From positions 992,001 through 1,056,000 of the forward strand of contig OY970343.1 in NCBI GenBank assembly GCA_963717525.1: DNA of 64,000 nt. The letters are read 5' to 3'. The notes under the pieces are model-generated. The model searched no databases and was not told the origin of the DNA. It saw only the letters and a list, made by a program, of their open reading frames with translations. The DNA comes from an uncultured Methanoregulaceae archaeon. Its GTDB lineage: Archaea; Halobacteriota; Methanomicrobia; Methanomicrobiales; Methanospirillaceae. Below, in pieces: positions 21,953-31,609 of this stretch (positions are counted from its first letter, which is position 1; every line of letters starts with the position of its first letter). A program made the position numbers and the translations under genes.

Positions 21953-23536
21953 ATGCCACCATCACAGGAAGGAAATCAGGCAACGATTCCCAAAACGGGA
22001 ACAATGAAACGTACGCTGAACCTAACCTCGCTCCTGGTCAACGCCATGGCGCTGATTGCGCCGGGGGCCTTTCTCTGGACTACGTTCCAGGTACAGGCTG
22101 CGCAGACCAACGGCGGTCTAACGACGGCAGGTGAGATGTGGACCGGCCTTTTGGCCGCGCTCGTTCTTGCGTTTTTGACGGCTATATCTTACGCAGAACT
22201 GGCTAACATCTATCCCAAAGCCGGCGCTGGCTCTTCCTATTATTACGCGGAAGCCTCGTTTCTTGAGAAAGAAAAAACAGGACATAGGCAATGGGCGCGG
22301 GTCGCCAAATTCCTCGTAGGCTGGATATCGCACTTGTATTACTGGATTTACCCGGGTATCATGGTGGCCTTTTCGGCTATCCTGATTGTGTATATCTTCG
22401 GCCTCTTTGGGATTGCCCTGTCAGTCCCGGAACAGATCCTTGTCGCCGTGTTGTTCGCCCTGCTTAATGGCTATATCGCATACCGCGGAATAACCGGTTC
22501 GACCATGACTGCGATCGTCATCAACACCATCCAGTTAGTGGCACTTATCGGTTTTTCGATACTGGCAATCCTGTACCGGGAGACCCACCCCAGCCTGGTA
22601 TATGCCACATCCGTTTCAACAATCCTTATACCCCATAACTTCACAAACCTGTTGTTCCAGTCAACTATCGCCATCCTGCTGCTGGTGGGGTTCGAATCGG
22701 TGACGTCGCTGGGCTCCGAGGCGCTCCGGCCAAAACAGGACATTAAAAAAGCAATCCTCCTCTCCCTCATCATTCAGGGAGCATTCGCTTATTTGTTCGA
22801 GTATTTCGCTGCCAATTATTTTGTCGGCCCCCAGCTGATCGGCACCGATCCCACCGGGGCCGCAGTCTCGGGCTATGCGGCAGCAGCGGCATCCGGCGCT
22901 CCCATTGGCGATATGATCCGGGTAATCGGCGACCAGATGCTGGGAGGCACAGGTTTTGTCCTCGTATTAATCATGGCTGCAACGGTGGTACTCGCACTTA
23001 TCGGGACAACTCTTGCCTGCTTTAACACTGGTGTAAGGATAACCTACGCCATGGGCAAAGACAAAGAGATGCCAACGCTGCTTGGTCTCCTGCATGGAAA
23101 ATATGATACCCCGCATTACGGTATCTGGATCCTTGTCGGAATATCTGCAGCGTTAGGTGCGTATGGCGTCCTGAACATCGATAACCTGACCCAGATTACG
23201 CTCGCGTCCAATACCGGCACGTTCCTTCTCTACGGCTTGACAAACCTCATTGCGCTTTGGGCCTTCTTCCACCGTCCCGATGCCAGTTTCCTGAAACACC
23301 GGGTAGTACCGTTGCTGGGTTTCCTTGCAAATTTCGTCATGCTCGGGGCGGTCGTCTGGCTTGGCATTAGTTCAGGGGGCAGTTCGGCAACTGACGCTCT
23401 GATTGCGATTGCCATGGTCATAGTCTGGCTGGTGGCTGGCGCAGTCTGGTTTATCTCCAACACGAAAAAACAGGGCCGCCCGGTCATGACCCGAAACCTG
23501 CCACAGGCGACCGGACTGGAACAGGATGATGCATAA
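21953..23536 (+). CDS. APC-superfamily permease
   Basis: SYAELA..YPKAG.GS.YYY, LLVGFES...LG.E, RITYAMGKD..P; ~12 TM. Confidence 0.88.
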   Translation: MPPSQEGNQATIPKTGTMKRTLNLTSLLVNAMALIAPGAFLWTTFQVQAAQTNGGLTTAGEMWTGLLAALVLAFLTAISYAELANIYPKAGAGSSYYYAEASFLEKEKTGHRQWARVAKFLVGWISHLYYWIYPGIMVAFSAILIVYIFGLFGIALSVPEQILVAVLFALLNGYIAYRGITGSTMTAIVINTIQLVALIGFSILAILYRETHPSLVYATSVSTILIPHNFTNLLFQSTIAILLLVGFESVTSLGSEALRPKQDIKKAILLSLIIQGAFAYLFEYFAANYFVGPQLIGTDPTGAAVSGYAAAAASGAPIGDMIRVIGDQMLGGTGFVLVLIMAATVVLALIGTTLACFNTGVRITYAMGKDKEMPTLLGLLHGKYDTPHYGIWILVGISAALGAYGVLNIDNLTQITLASNTGTFLLYGLTNLIALWAFFHRPDASFLKHRVVPLLGFLANFVMLGAVVWLGISSGGSSATDALIAIAMVIVWLVAGAVWFISNTKKQGRPVMTRNLPQATGLEQDDA

Positions 23537-23671
23537 CCGTTGGTATGGATAATGAACGACAAAAAAAGCCGGGAGGCAGTGTAAAAAAGGATACCGGTTT
23601 AATGCCTGACAGAATATGTGCAGGACCCGGCATTCTTATCTTTTCATCGAAAAAGAAATGGGGTGATCATC

Positions 23672-24532
23672 ATGGGAGAAAATTCCATAACCATGCCCGC
23701 AGACAAGGCGCCAAATCTGGTGGGTGTAATCGTGACATGGCGGGCTATCACCCATCAGGGCCTGACGCGATCGCAGAACGAGGATGCCCACTGGGTTACC
23801 CATGTTGTTGAAAGTAAAACCGATACCGAATCGTCATCACGGTATATCTTCGCCGTGGCTGACGGCCTTGGCGGACACCGTGGCGGGGCAATAGCAAGCA
23901 GGATGGCCCTCAAAGCCATAAAAGAGGAATTCCACACCTGGCACGGAGGGGAGGCGGATCGCATGATCAGCCGGGCAATGCAGAACGCAAACCAGAATAT
24001 TTTCTGCGTGGCCCAGTCAGACCCGGAATTATTCCAGAAAATGCAGACTACCTTAACCATCGTCGCTTTGGACAACGACTCACTGGTTGTCGGCCATGTC
24101 GGCGACTGCCGTCTCTACCGGATGAGAGATGACCGTATCGATCAGCTGACCCGGGATCACACGATGGCAAGCGACATGCTCCAGATGCACCTGATTACCT
24201 CTCAACAGGCCTCGGCGCATCCGGGCCGTCACCAGCTCACCCGTTCTGTTGGCGGGGACCCTTTCATGAATGCCGATATTACCCGCCATGAAACGCAGGC
24301 AGGCGACACCTATCTTCTCTGCAGCGACGGATTGTGGTCAGAACTTACGGAGGAGGAGATCCGGTCCGCCCTGCAGGAGCACGATACCAGCCAGGAATGT
24401 GAAAAACTGGTCAGGCTTGCATTGAGCCGGGGAGCACCGGATAACATCACCGGCATTATGTTTCACATTGACATTGTCGGAAAACAAGCTGCCCTTCCGT
24501 TTTCATGGCGGTCACTCCTTGGGAAAGGGTAA
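23672..24532 (+). CDS. PP2C-family Ser/Thr protein phosphatase
   Basis: R..NEDA, VADGLGGH, HVGDCRLY, LTRDH, LCSDGL, DNIT. Confidence 0.93.
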   Translation: MGENSITMPADKAPNLVGVIVTWRAITHQGLTRSQNEDAHWVTHVVESKTDTESSSRYIFAVADGLGGHRGGAIASRMALKAIKEEFHTWHGGEADRMISRAMQNANQNIFCVAQSDPELFQKMQTTLTIVALDNDSLVVGHVGDCRLYRMRDDRIDQLTRDHTMASDMLQMHLITSQQASAHPGRHQLTRSVGGDPFMNADITRHETQAGDTYLLCSDGLWSELTEEEIRSALQEHDTSQECEKLVRLALSRGAPDNITGIMFHIDIVGKQAALPFSWRSLLGKG

Positions 24533-24677
24533 TCGGGTACTGTATGACCGGTAAACGCAGCCATCCGCGAGAAGATAAGAAACAAGTCAAAAGAGCCACC
24601 CGCGATTCGCGACAGTGCAGCCCGGCAACGAGGAGACAGAAGCCCGACGGGAACCTGAACAGACGCGTGATGTCTCC

Positions 24678-25049
24678 ATGAAGATGATCTGGGCGATTAT
24701 CCGGCCGGAATATTCGCAAAAAGTGATTGATGCACTGGAGAAGACCGGCATTTCAGCGATGACACGCCTCCATGTCACCGGTCACGGTGCTGAGATAGGG
24801 ATTACGGCAGGGCATGTAAATTATTCGGAGATCCCAAAAGAGATGCTCATGCTCGTGCTCCCGGACATCGATGTCGCACATGCCGTAAAAATCATCAGTA
24901 CCACGGCAAAGACCTGGCAGAAGGAGAATCCCGGGCACGGGTCTGTCGGGGATGGCAAGATCTTTGTGACCTATGTTGAGGATGCGTACACGATCAGGAC
25001 ATCTGAAAACCGCAAGGACCGGTTCGGATCCTCCGGGAAAGACCGGTAA
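24678..25049 (+). CDS. PII-family regulator, NifI1-like
   Basis: MKMIWAIIRPE...ALEK.G..AMT...V.G.G...Y.EIPK.MLM...GDGKIFV..VE.AYTIRT. Confidence 0.85.
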   Translation: MKMIWAIIRPEYSQKVIDALEKTGISAMTRLHVTGHGAEIGITAGHVNYSEIPKEMLMLVLPDIDVAHAVKIISTTAKTWQKENPGHGSVGDGKIFVTYVEDAYTIRTSENRKDRFGSSGKDR

Positions 25050-25055
25050 TACCGT

Positions 25056-25490
25056 ATGAAAAAGATCATCGCCATCATCAGGAATGAAAAAGTGGAAGAG
25101 ACCAAGTCCAACTTAGAGAAGATTGGCGTAACCGGGGTTACATACCTGTATGTCACGGGAAAAGGCCTGCGGGATGGAATGGTCCCGTCCCGGTTCCTAG
25201 GATCAGAGTATCACCCATACGGCGGCAGACACCAGCTCAGGCAGCTGGATGATGCACCTGTGTCGGCAGACCCGGTTTGTCTGCCGGCTGAAAAGGAGCG
25301 AGAACCCGGGTTCCGGCCACAAAGAATGCTTGTCATTGTGGCAAACGACAGCGATGTCAGGCCAATCATCGCGACGCTTATTGCAACAAACTATACCGGG
25401 CACCATGGTGACGGGGCAATCTTTGTCTGCCCCATGATCAGCGCGATCCGGGTGAGAAACGGGGAACAGGGCGACAGTGCACTGGTATAA
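25056..25490 (+). CDS. PII-family regulator, NifI2-like with long T-loop
   Basis: MKKIIAIIR..K...TK..L..IG...P.R.L.IV..D.DV..II..LI..N.TG..GDG.IFV.P...AIRVR.GE.G..AL. Confidence 0.85.
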   Translation: MKKIIAIIRNEKVEETKSNLEKIGVTGVTYLYVTGKGLRDGMVPSRFLGSEYHPYGGRHQLRQLDDAPVSADPVCLPAEKEREPGFRPQRMLVIVANDSDVRPIIATLIATNYTGHHGDGAIFVCPMISAIRVRNGEQGDSALV

Positions 25491-25663
25491 GATGCTGTTG
25501 CATTGGCGTAGATTTGATAAAATTAACGAGATGAAGAACAGGTGATCAACCGTACACACAGCAGCACCACCTGTCAATAATATTATATAAATCAACATCA
25601 CCAGAGGGTTAGAACGAGAAAAAATCAAAAAATAAGTGTTCGCACAACAAAGGAGGGAACTTC

Positions 25664-25993
25664 ATGAAGATGGTTCAGGCAATAATCCGGTCCGAGAAGC
25701 TGGACAGCGTAAAAAAGGCGCTCGAAGAGAAAGGCTTCATCTCCATGAGTATCATGGAAATTACCGGAAGGGGAGAACAAAAGGGCATCACACTTGAATA
25801 CCGGGGGGCGATGGTGGAAGTGGACACCCTCCCCAAGATCATGATTCAGATGGCTGTCAATGACGAGGACGTCGATCCAATCATCGCGATCGTCCGGGCT
25901 GCAGGAAGGACGGGGAATTTTGGTGATGGGAAGATCTTTGTCTGGCCGCTCGACCTGATGGCCAAGGTCCGGACTGATGAAGTCTGGAGATGA
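25664..25993 (+). CDS. glnK: PII nitrogen regulator (GlnK/GlnB-like)
   Basis: MKMVQAIIR, GRGEQKG, LPK, RTG.FGDGKIFV; own TATA (TTATATAA at ~25584) and GGAGG RBS. Confidence 0.88.
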   Translation: MKMVQAIIRSEKLDSVKKALEEKGFISMSIMEITGRGEQKGITLEYRGAMVEVDTLPKIMIQMAVNDEDVDPIIAIVRAAGRTGNFGDGKIFVWPLDLMAKVRTDEVWR

Positions 25994-26070
25994 AATTCAG
26001 GATCTGCAACAGACTTAATGAAATAAAGCAATAAAGGAAATTTCTGATAGTCCCATACAGTTTTGGTAAG

Positions 26071-27057
26071 GTGCCGGTGATGCTTAAATCAGGTGACATG
26101 GTCTGCGATTATAAGATTATAGGGTTACTTGGCCAGGGTGGGTTCAGCCAGATCTACAAGGCATATGCTCCTGACGGCACACTGGTGATCCTGAAGTTTC
26201 CCGATGTATCCCTGCTTGGGGACCAGGCAACGTACAAACGTTTCCGCCGGGAGGTTGCTATCGGACAGAAACTGGACCATTCCGCAATTCCGCGGGCAAT
26301 CAGATTTGTGGAAGGACCTGATTCTGTTTTTCTCGTCTTGGAATATATCGAAGGCTCGTCCCTCCGCACGTACATCAGCGAAAAAGCACCCCTCCCACTC
26401 AGTGAAGGACTTTCTCTTGCCGACCAACTCGCTGAGGCGATCGACTACATGCATTCTCACGGTGTCTGTCACCGGGATCTCAAACCGGAGAATATTATTG
26501 TCGGGCCTGATGGCAGGATCCATATTCTTGATTTCGGGAGTGCGCTGCTTGAAGGTTCCCGCCGCGTGACCTGGAGGTGGGCGTCGAATGCCTTTGGAAC
26601 ACCGGATTATATGGCGCCTGAGCAGATCCAGGGAAAACGGGGAGACGTACGTACCGATGTGTATGCACTCGGGATGATCGTCTATGAAATGCTGACCGGG
26701 ACCCTGCCCTTTGAAGGAGATAATGCTCTTGCGGTCATGAACCAGCACCTGACGGGAGTCCCGGTTTCTCCCCGCAGGCACGAGCCCTCAATCCCCGCCG
26801 GAGTCGAGGCTGTGATACTGAAATCAATTCGCCGCGATCCCGATGAACGTTACCGGTCTGCGAGCGCCTTCCGGAAAGATCTTAATAATTATGCGGATCT
26901 CGATCTCTCGCAATTTCCTTCGGATCCCGAGGCAATCGCCGGTGGTGGAGTGCTCACCACCCGCCAAATCTGGGTGCGGACCATTCTGGTTTTTGTCGGT
27001 TTCCTGTTACTTGCAGCACTGATCATCCTCGCTGCATACCTGATGCACCATCGCTAA
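26071..27057 (+). CDS. Hanks-type Ser/Thr protein kinase with C-terminal TM anchor
   Basis: LGQGGFS, K, RF.RE, HRDLKPEN, DFG, GTPDYMAPEQ, DVYALG; hydrophobic C-terminus. Confidence 0.95.
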   Translation: MPVMLKSGDMVCDYKIIGLLGQGGFSQIYKAYAPDGTLVILKFPDVSLLGDQATYKRFRREVAIGQKLDHSAIPRAIRFVEGPDSVFLVLEYIEGSSLRTYISEKAPLPLSEGLSLADQLAEAIDYMHSHGVCHRDLKPENIIVGPDGRIHILDFGSALLEGSRRVTWRWASNAFGTPDYMAPEQIQGKRGDVRTDVYALGMIVYEMLTGTLPFEGDNALAVMNQHLTGVPVSPRRHEPSIPAGVEAVILKSIRRDPDERYRSASAFRKDLNNYADLDLSQFPSDPEAIAGGGVLTTRQIWVRTILVFVGFLLLAALIILAAYLMHHR

Positions 27058-27154
27058 AAACAAATTTCATGGGGTACTGTTTCGTTTACGGTTGATTGCC
27101 AATTCTTCACTTCGTAAATGTTATCAAATCAACCGCCAACGCAACAGAACCAGT

Positions 27155-27374
27155 TCAACCATTCAGATCCGCCAGAAGATCTTTTGCCGTCCCGGTCCGG
27201 CTCTTATTTTTGCGCACGCTGTTTTTTGCCTGTTTTGCCCGGTCTACAATTTCCGAACGCTTTTTCTCGATAAGCCTGCTAGAGGATAATCTCCTGAACG
27301 TACTGCTGGTCTTCGGCATCGAGCTTATCGACGTACTCAAGAACAGTGTTGAGCGATACCGCTTCGCTTCCCAT
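27155..27374 (-). pseudogene. Antitoxin-like small gene (frameshift at ~27285) followed by a truncated toxin start
   Basis: MGSEAVSLNTVLEYVDKLDAEDQQYVQEII / SRLIEKKRSEI...GTAKDLLADLNG; overlapping ATG GTT GAA CTG GTT closes after a few codons. Confidence 0.5.
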
Positions 27375-27477
27375 AGGGTGCACCTGTACCGTAATTGGTG
27401 TTTCCCTACAAAGTTATTGTGCTAAAAAAAGGAATTCAACCTTATGACAGGAGAGCAGCTATCCAGGAATCAACTCC

Positions 27478-27820
27478 GGATCGCCCCTCCCCCACCTCCA
27501 AAAGACGCCCGTTACGGCCCCGGATTGCCCACGATCCCTTCCGGAAAACCCCGCAAAATGCCCGGATTCGGGGGCCATCCGGAAGTCGGTTATACGGAGT
27601 TATTTTAGAGAAATACCGCGTATCTGCCCCCTGATTTTGATCGCCAAAAAGGCCGTTTTTTTCATTTCCGGCATACTTTGGCCTGATCGAAGTGAGATCG
27701 GCCACCGGAAGGCCATAGCGGCCGTTTCTCAAGGGGGTCGGAATCCGGCGGTTATATAGGCGTATTTCGGCGGAAAAACGGTGATTTGAGGGGGAATTTC
27801 TTCGGCGGCAGGAAAAGAGG
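27478..27820 (+). repeat. ~340-bp dispersed non-coding element, copy 3
   Basis: Same conserved blocks and orientation as copies 1 and 2. Confidence 0.9.
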
Positions 27821-27838
27821 AGGGAGCTCCCAGCCCCA

Positions 27839-28261
27839 TTATGTCGTAAATATGGTCAGTTTTGCAATGGCGTCTTTCAGGTCGCCGTTGCAGTACTCCA
27901 TTCCCCCCACAAGGGATGTCACCCACCGGGAATCAAAATTTCCTTGTGTATAACTGCAGGTCATGTTCGTTCCTTCAAGCATCGTCTTCATTCCCTGCAT
28001 TTCGCTGTCATTGAGATGAATGAGGGTTTTTGTAAAAACACAGCCCTGGGACGACGTCAGGTAAAATGTCCCGATATCCTCATTGTCGGTAAGATTCATA
28101 TCTTTGCAGTCGTTTGCTGCAGCGATGAACGCGGCCTGTTCCGGGCCCGGGTTTCCGGACGCAGGAGACGCCCCGGTAGTTGATGAACAGCCGGCAGTCA
28201 GGAGCAGGAGGACTATTCCTGACAGGAAAACTGCGGAAATTATCAATTGTTTTTTTCTCAT
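27839..28261 (-). CDS. Putative lipoprotein
   Basis: Basic N-terminus, hydrophobic stretch and lipobox TAGC; paired Cys residues. Confidence 0.7.
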   Translation of the reverse strand: MRKKQLIISAVFLSGIVLLLLTAGCSSTTGASPASGNPGPEQAAFIAAANDCKDMNLTDNEDIGTFYLTSSQGCVFTKTLIHLNDSEMQGMKTMLEGTNMTCSYTQGNFDSRWVTSLVGGMEYCNGDLKDAIAKLTIFTT

Positions 28262-28273
28262 GATGCACCCCGT

Positions 28274-29368
28274 CTATTGATACGCCAGTTTTTTGAATAC
28301 ATCAGTAAAAGCATCAGCTACACTTTTTCCGCTGCCAAAGGTAAGAAATGCTTTCAGCGAGAGCGTATCTGAAGAGGACGTTCCTGTTGATGTACTCTGG
28401 ATGTTCGTGCCATGGACATCCTGGTCATTATGGACATCCCGATCAAGCCTGTCCATAAATGCACTGTCACTCGGGTCAGGCCATTGGGCCAGGTTATACT
28501 GTGCGACAATATTGTCCCGTATCGTTTTTGCGGTATCTGCGGCTATGTTTGTGTTGCTCAGTGCTTTGTCCATATAGGCAAAATACCCGTCATTTCCGTC
28601 CCAGATCCCCTGGCTCTTCCTCAGTTCGGCCATATCGCTGTTTGCCCAGAAATTGGTTGGATCTTTACCGAGGATTGCCTGGTATTCTCCTTCGACTTTT
28701 GGCTCTATTGCATTGATCGTGGCGGTATCACCGGCAATGATCGGGTCTGCAGTGTCTTTTCGAATCCATCCGTTGTCGAGCATTGAGGTCACCACATCTC
28801 TATCTAGGCGCGATCCGAGATCGGTAGTGAGATCCTCATGGGCTGAAGCAATTTCTGATGTAAGATATTCTCCTGAAGCAGGAGCGACCGTGGGAATAAG
28901 CGTAGCTGCACCTGAGGCCGGACATGAATCGCTGGCTATCCTCCCGGACAGCGATGTTGAACCATCGCAATTACCGTCAGAGCCTGTATAAGCCCAGGTA
29001 TACTTTGCGGTGAAAGCAGAACAATCTGGGCTGAATTGTACATCATACGGGGATAATGCCGATTCTCCCGGGGGATCAGCTACCGTCCTGCCATCGATAT
29101 GCAGGATATTATCTGAAGTGAACATCCCCCCGGCGGATCCGTGACCTACATCCCCCATCACGGCACTCCCGGCATTGAACTGGATCGGGACAGAATACCG
29201 GTTTGTCAGAACCGGCCCACTGCACGCTGACTGATCTTCCGTGACGGTTACCCACCACGTAACCGTTCCGGTGTAGGTATTCCAGCTCCATGGTTGCGAA
29301 GAGTAATCTGCCACAACAGGAACGATGAGAGCGAGGAGTATAACAATGCACAAAGCACCCCGTATCAT
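28274..29368 (-). CDS. Secreted hypothetical protein
   Basis: Signal peptide ending VVA-D; S/T/D-rich beta-type N-domain and TPR-like C-region. Confidence 0.7.
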   Translation of the reverse strand: MIRGALCIVILLALIVPVVADYSSQPWSWNTYTGTVTWWVTVTEDQSACSGPVLTNRYSVPIQFNAGSAVMGDVGHGSAGGMFTSDNILHIDGRTVADPPGESALSPYDVQFSPDCSAFTAKYTWAYTGSDGNCDGSTSLSGRIASDSCPASGAATLIPTVAPASGEYLTSEIASAHEDLTTDLGSRLDRDVVTSMLDNGWIRKDTADPIIAGDTATINAIEPKVEGEYQAILGKDPTNFWANSDMAELRKSQGIWDGNDGYFAYMDKALSNTNIAADTAKTIRDNIVAQYNLAQWPDPSDSAFMDRLDRDVHNDQDVHGTNIQSTSTGTSSSDTLSLKAFLTFGSGKSVADAFTDVFKKLAYQ

Positions 29369-29565
29369 AGCGATCAGTTCGAGGATGCGATGTCATGGGA
29401 TATAAAGGTATATCTGCGAAAGGTTTTGCGAAAGACCCCACCGGTAGAGATGAATTAAAAAAGTATATGCGGTGAGCTGGTCAAATGAAGATTCCGCGTG
29501 CCTGTTTTCCGCACGCACTCCCGCTTCCAGCGGTCACCGGAAAGACCGGGTAACGTCCCGTCTCC

Positions 29566-29808
29566 CTAGTGCCTGTCGCAGAAGTGGCCGATCACAAGGC
29601 TGTTCTTGTCAAAGATCTCGCAGGCCGGGCAGAAGCAGCGATCTTCTCTCACCTGCGAAGCATCCGAAATCCCGCGTGCGCAGAAGAGGATGTCAGGCTG
29701 ATGCTGTCCAAGGTTGTTCTTCCGGTAGGTTGGGCATGCGCCGCAGTACTTCATGCAGATCTGCCGGTTCTCCTCGGTGTCCGCAACGGTAACCGTGCTG
29801 CTTTTCAT
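29566..29808 (-). CDS. DUF2769-like Cys-rich protein
   Basis: C..YC..CPTY...LFCARG...C.CP.C.......FC. Confidence 0.75.
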   Translation of the reverse strand: MKSSTVTVADTEENRQICMKYCGACPTYRKNNLGQHQPDILFCARGISDASQVREDRCFCPACEIFDKNSLVIGHFCDRH

Positions 29809-29902
29809 GATGAGTGGATAGTGCTATCGGGAATAATAGGTTTCCCTCTACGGCCCGGCAGGAGTATTCCCGGTGGCCCCGTCCTGCCGCGGCGGCAGAA
29901 AA

Positions 29903-30793
29903 TTACCGGAGCAGATCGTGGAGATTGATCCGGTGCTGCCCGAGTTTCCCGTCGAAATTTGACGCGCCGATGTACATGACCGTCCCGGTCTCTGTCGCTG
30001 CGAGGATCCCGGCCCTTAGTGCGGCCTTCACCGCGGCCTCATCGACACCGTTCAGGACAATCTCGTACACAGAGCCCACGCCATCAGGCACGAGCGAGTC
30101 GCCGATACGGTCCTTTAATGTCGGGCACCAGCGGTGGCTGGTGCTGGCCGGCATCGGGAACCGGTAATTTTTGCACCCGACCTTTGAGCCACTCCTGACA
30201 ATCCCCCCGGGAAAGCTGGTGATCACGCCCTGCATCCCGGATATTTTTTCTATCGCCGCTTCGACTCCGGCAAGGGCCGCCTCCCGGTCTTTTCCCATAA
30301 CAAGGAAGTTCCCGCCGGCAATCCCTTTGACGGTCCCGAACCGCTCCTCGCCTACGTACTCCCCTTCCATAACCGGGATCTTCCAGCACTTCCTGCCGCC
30401 GACCACGCACCGCTCTTCATAGGTATCACCGAAGTAGTGCATCCGGGTATAAAACCGGGCTTCTGCATCGGGAAAACCGTCGAATGCAGACGCGGTCGGT
30501 GTCGGGAGAACACACTGGGAGATCCTCGCGGCTACATTGGACTTCATCAGCTTCTTTTCAGCACAGATCAGAATCGCGAACCCGGCCCGGCCGTCCGGGG
30601 TCTCGTGCGGGCCAAGGGCCCGTTCGATCCCGGCCTCGCAGGGACAGAAAATTTTCGAGGTCGCAAACCCCGTTGCTTCAACAGCGGCCCTGTACGCCCA
30701 TTCCGCGGTATCCCCCGTGATAATGACCCTCGATATCCATGTCGGGAATGCCTCGGCAAAGGTGTCAAGTACCCGGGTCCCGTTGATCTCCAT
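29903..30793 (-). CDS. ftr: Formylmethanofuran:H4MPT formyltransferase (divergent paralogue)
   Basis: MEING...DTFAEAF, ATGFATS...CPCEAGIE, TPDGR.G, GIAGGNF, FPGGIVRSGSKVG, YEIV.NG, N..GKLG. Confidence 0.9.
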   Translation of the reverse strand: MEINGTRVLDTFAEAFPTWISRVIITGDTAEWAYRAAVEATGFATSKIFCPCEAGIERALGPHETPDGRAGFAILICAEKKLMKSNVAARISQCVLPTPTASAFDGFPDAEARFYTRMHYFGDTYEERCVVGGRKCWKIPVMEGEYVGEERFGTVKGIAGGNFLVMGKDREAALAGVEAAIEKISGMQGVITSFPGGIVRSGSKVGCKNYRFPMPASTSHRWCPTLKDRIGDSLVPDGVGSVYEIVLNGVDEAAVKAALRAGILAATETGTVMYIGASNFDGKLGQHRINLHDLLR

Positions 30794-31364
30794 GGCATCC
30801 TCCGTTCCGGTAGACAATACCCTCCTCGGTTATGATGCAGTCCATCCGGATATCGTTCTCATCGACCGGCAGGCCATCAAATTCCTGGCAGGCAAACGCA
30901 ATACCGATCTTCCTGATGCCCGGGTTCTTTGATAAGAACCGGTCATAATAGCCGGCCCCGTACCCGATCCGCCCTCCCGTGCGGTCGAAACCGAGCATCG
31001 GGAGGATGATCGTATCGACATCCTTCGCATCTGCCGGGATCTCGCTGCCGATAGGTTCGGGGACGCCAAACGTGCTGGGGACGAGATGGGAAAAATCCCG
31101 GAGATACGAGAGGCGGAGGCTGACGTCTTCCCGGACAATAATCGGGACAACTACCGGGTTTCCCGCTTTAAAGAGGGCGAGGATCAGCGGTTTTGTATTG
31201 ACCTCTTTTTCTTTTGAAGTAAAGACCATGACCGTCTCACCCTTTTTGATCAGGTTCATGAGATGGCGGGTGATGCGGGCACTGAAGCGGAGCCGGTCTT
31301 CGGGAATCATGGCATTTTTTCTGGCGCGCAGGATATCCCGCACCCGGGCCTTTTCTTCGCTCAT
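30765..31364 (-). CDS. 5-formyltetrahydrofolate cyclo-ligase
   Basis: FGVPEP, P.LGFDR.GGRIGYGAGYYDRFL, DIRMD.IITE. Confidence 0.92.
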   Translation of the reverse strand: MSEEKARVRDILRARKNAMIPEDRLRFSARITRHLMNLIKKGETVMVFTSKEKEVNTKPLILALFKAGNPVVVPIIVREDVSLRLSYLRDFSHLVPSTFGVPEPIGSEIPADAKDVDTIILPMLGFDRTGGRIGYGAGYYDRFLSKNPGIRKIGIAFACQEFDGLPVDENDIRMDCIITEEGIVYRNGGCHGDQRDPGT

Positions 31365-31609
31365 GGGCAGTAGTAGAGCGCAGGCATATTTATGATTTTA
31401 GATATTTTGCGGTCCTCTCCATTCTCGTTATGATTAAAAAAACCGGGTGGGTTGAAATGACCGGAAACTTCCAGAAGCGCGGCTCTCCCCTGTTTTCTGG
31501 CACAAAATATCCCCGTACACGTCCCTGGCCGCAGGATGCGATAAGCAGGGGCAGGATCGGATAGTGCAATACCGGATCCGGTGCCTGAAAAGAGAATGAA
31601 AAAAATTGT

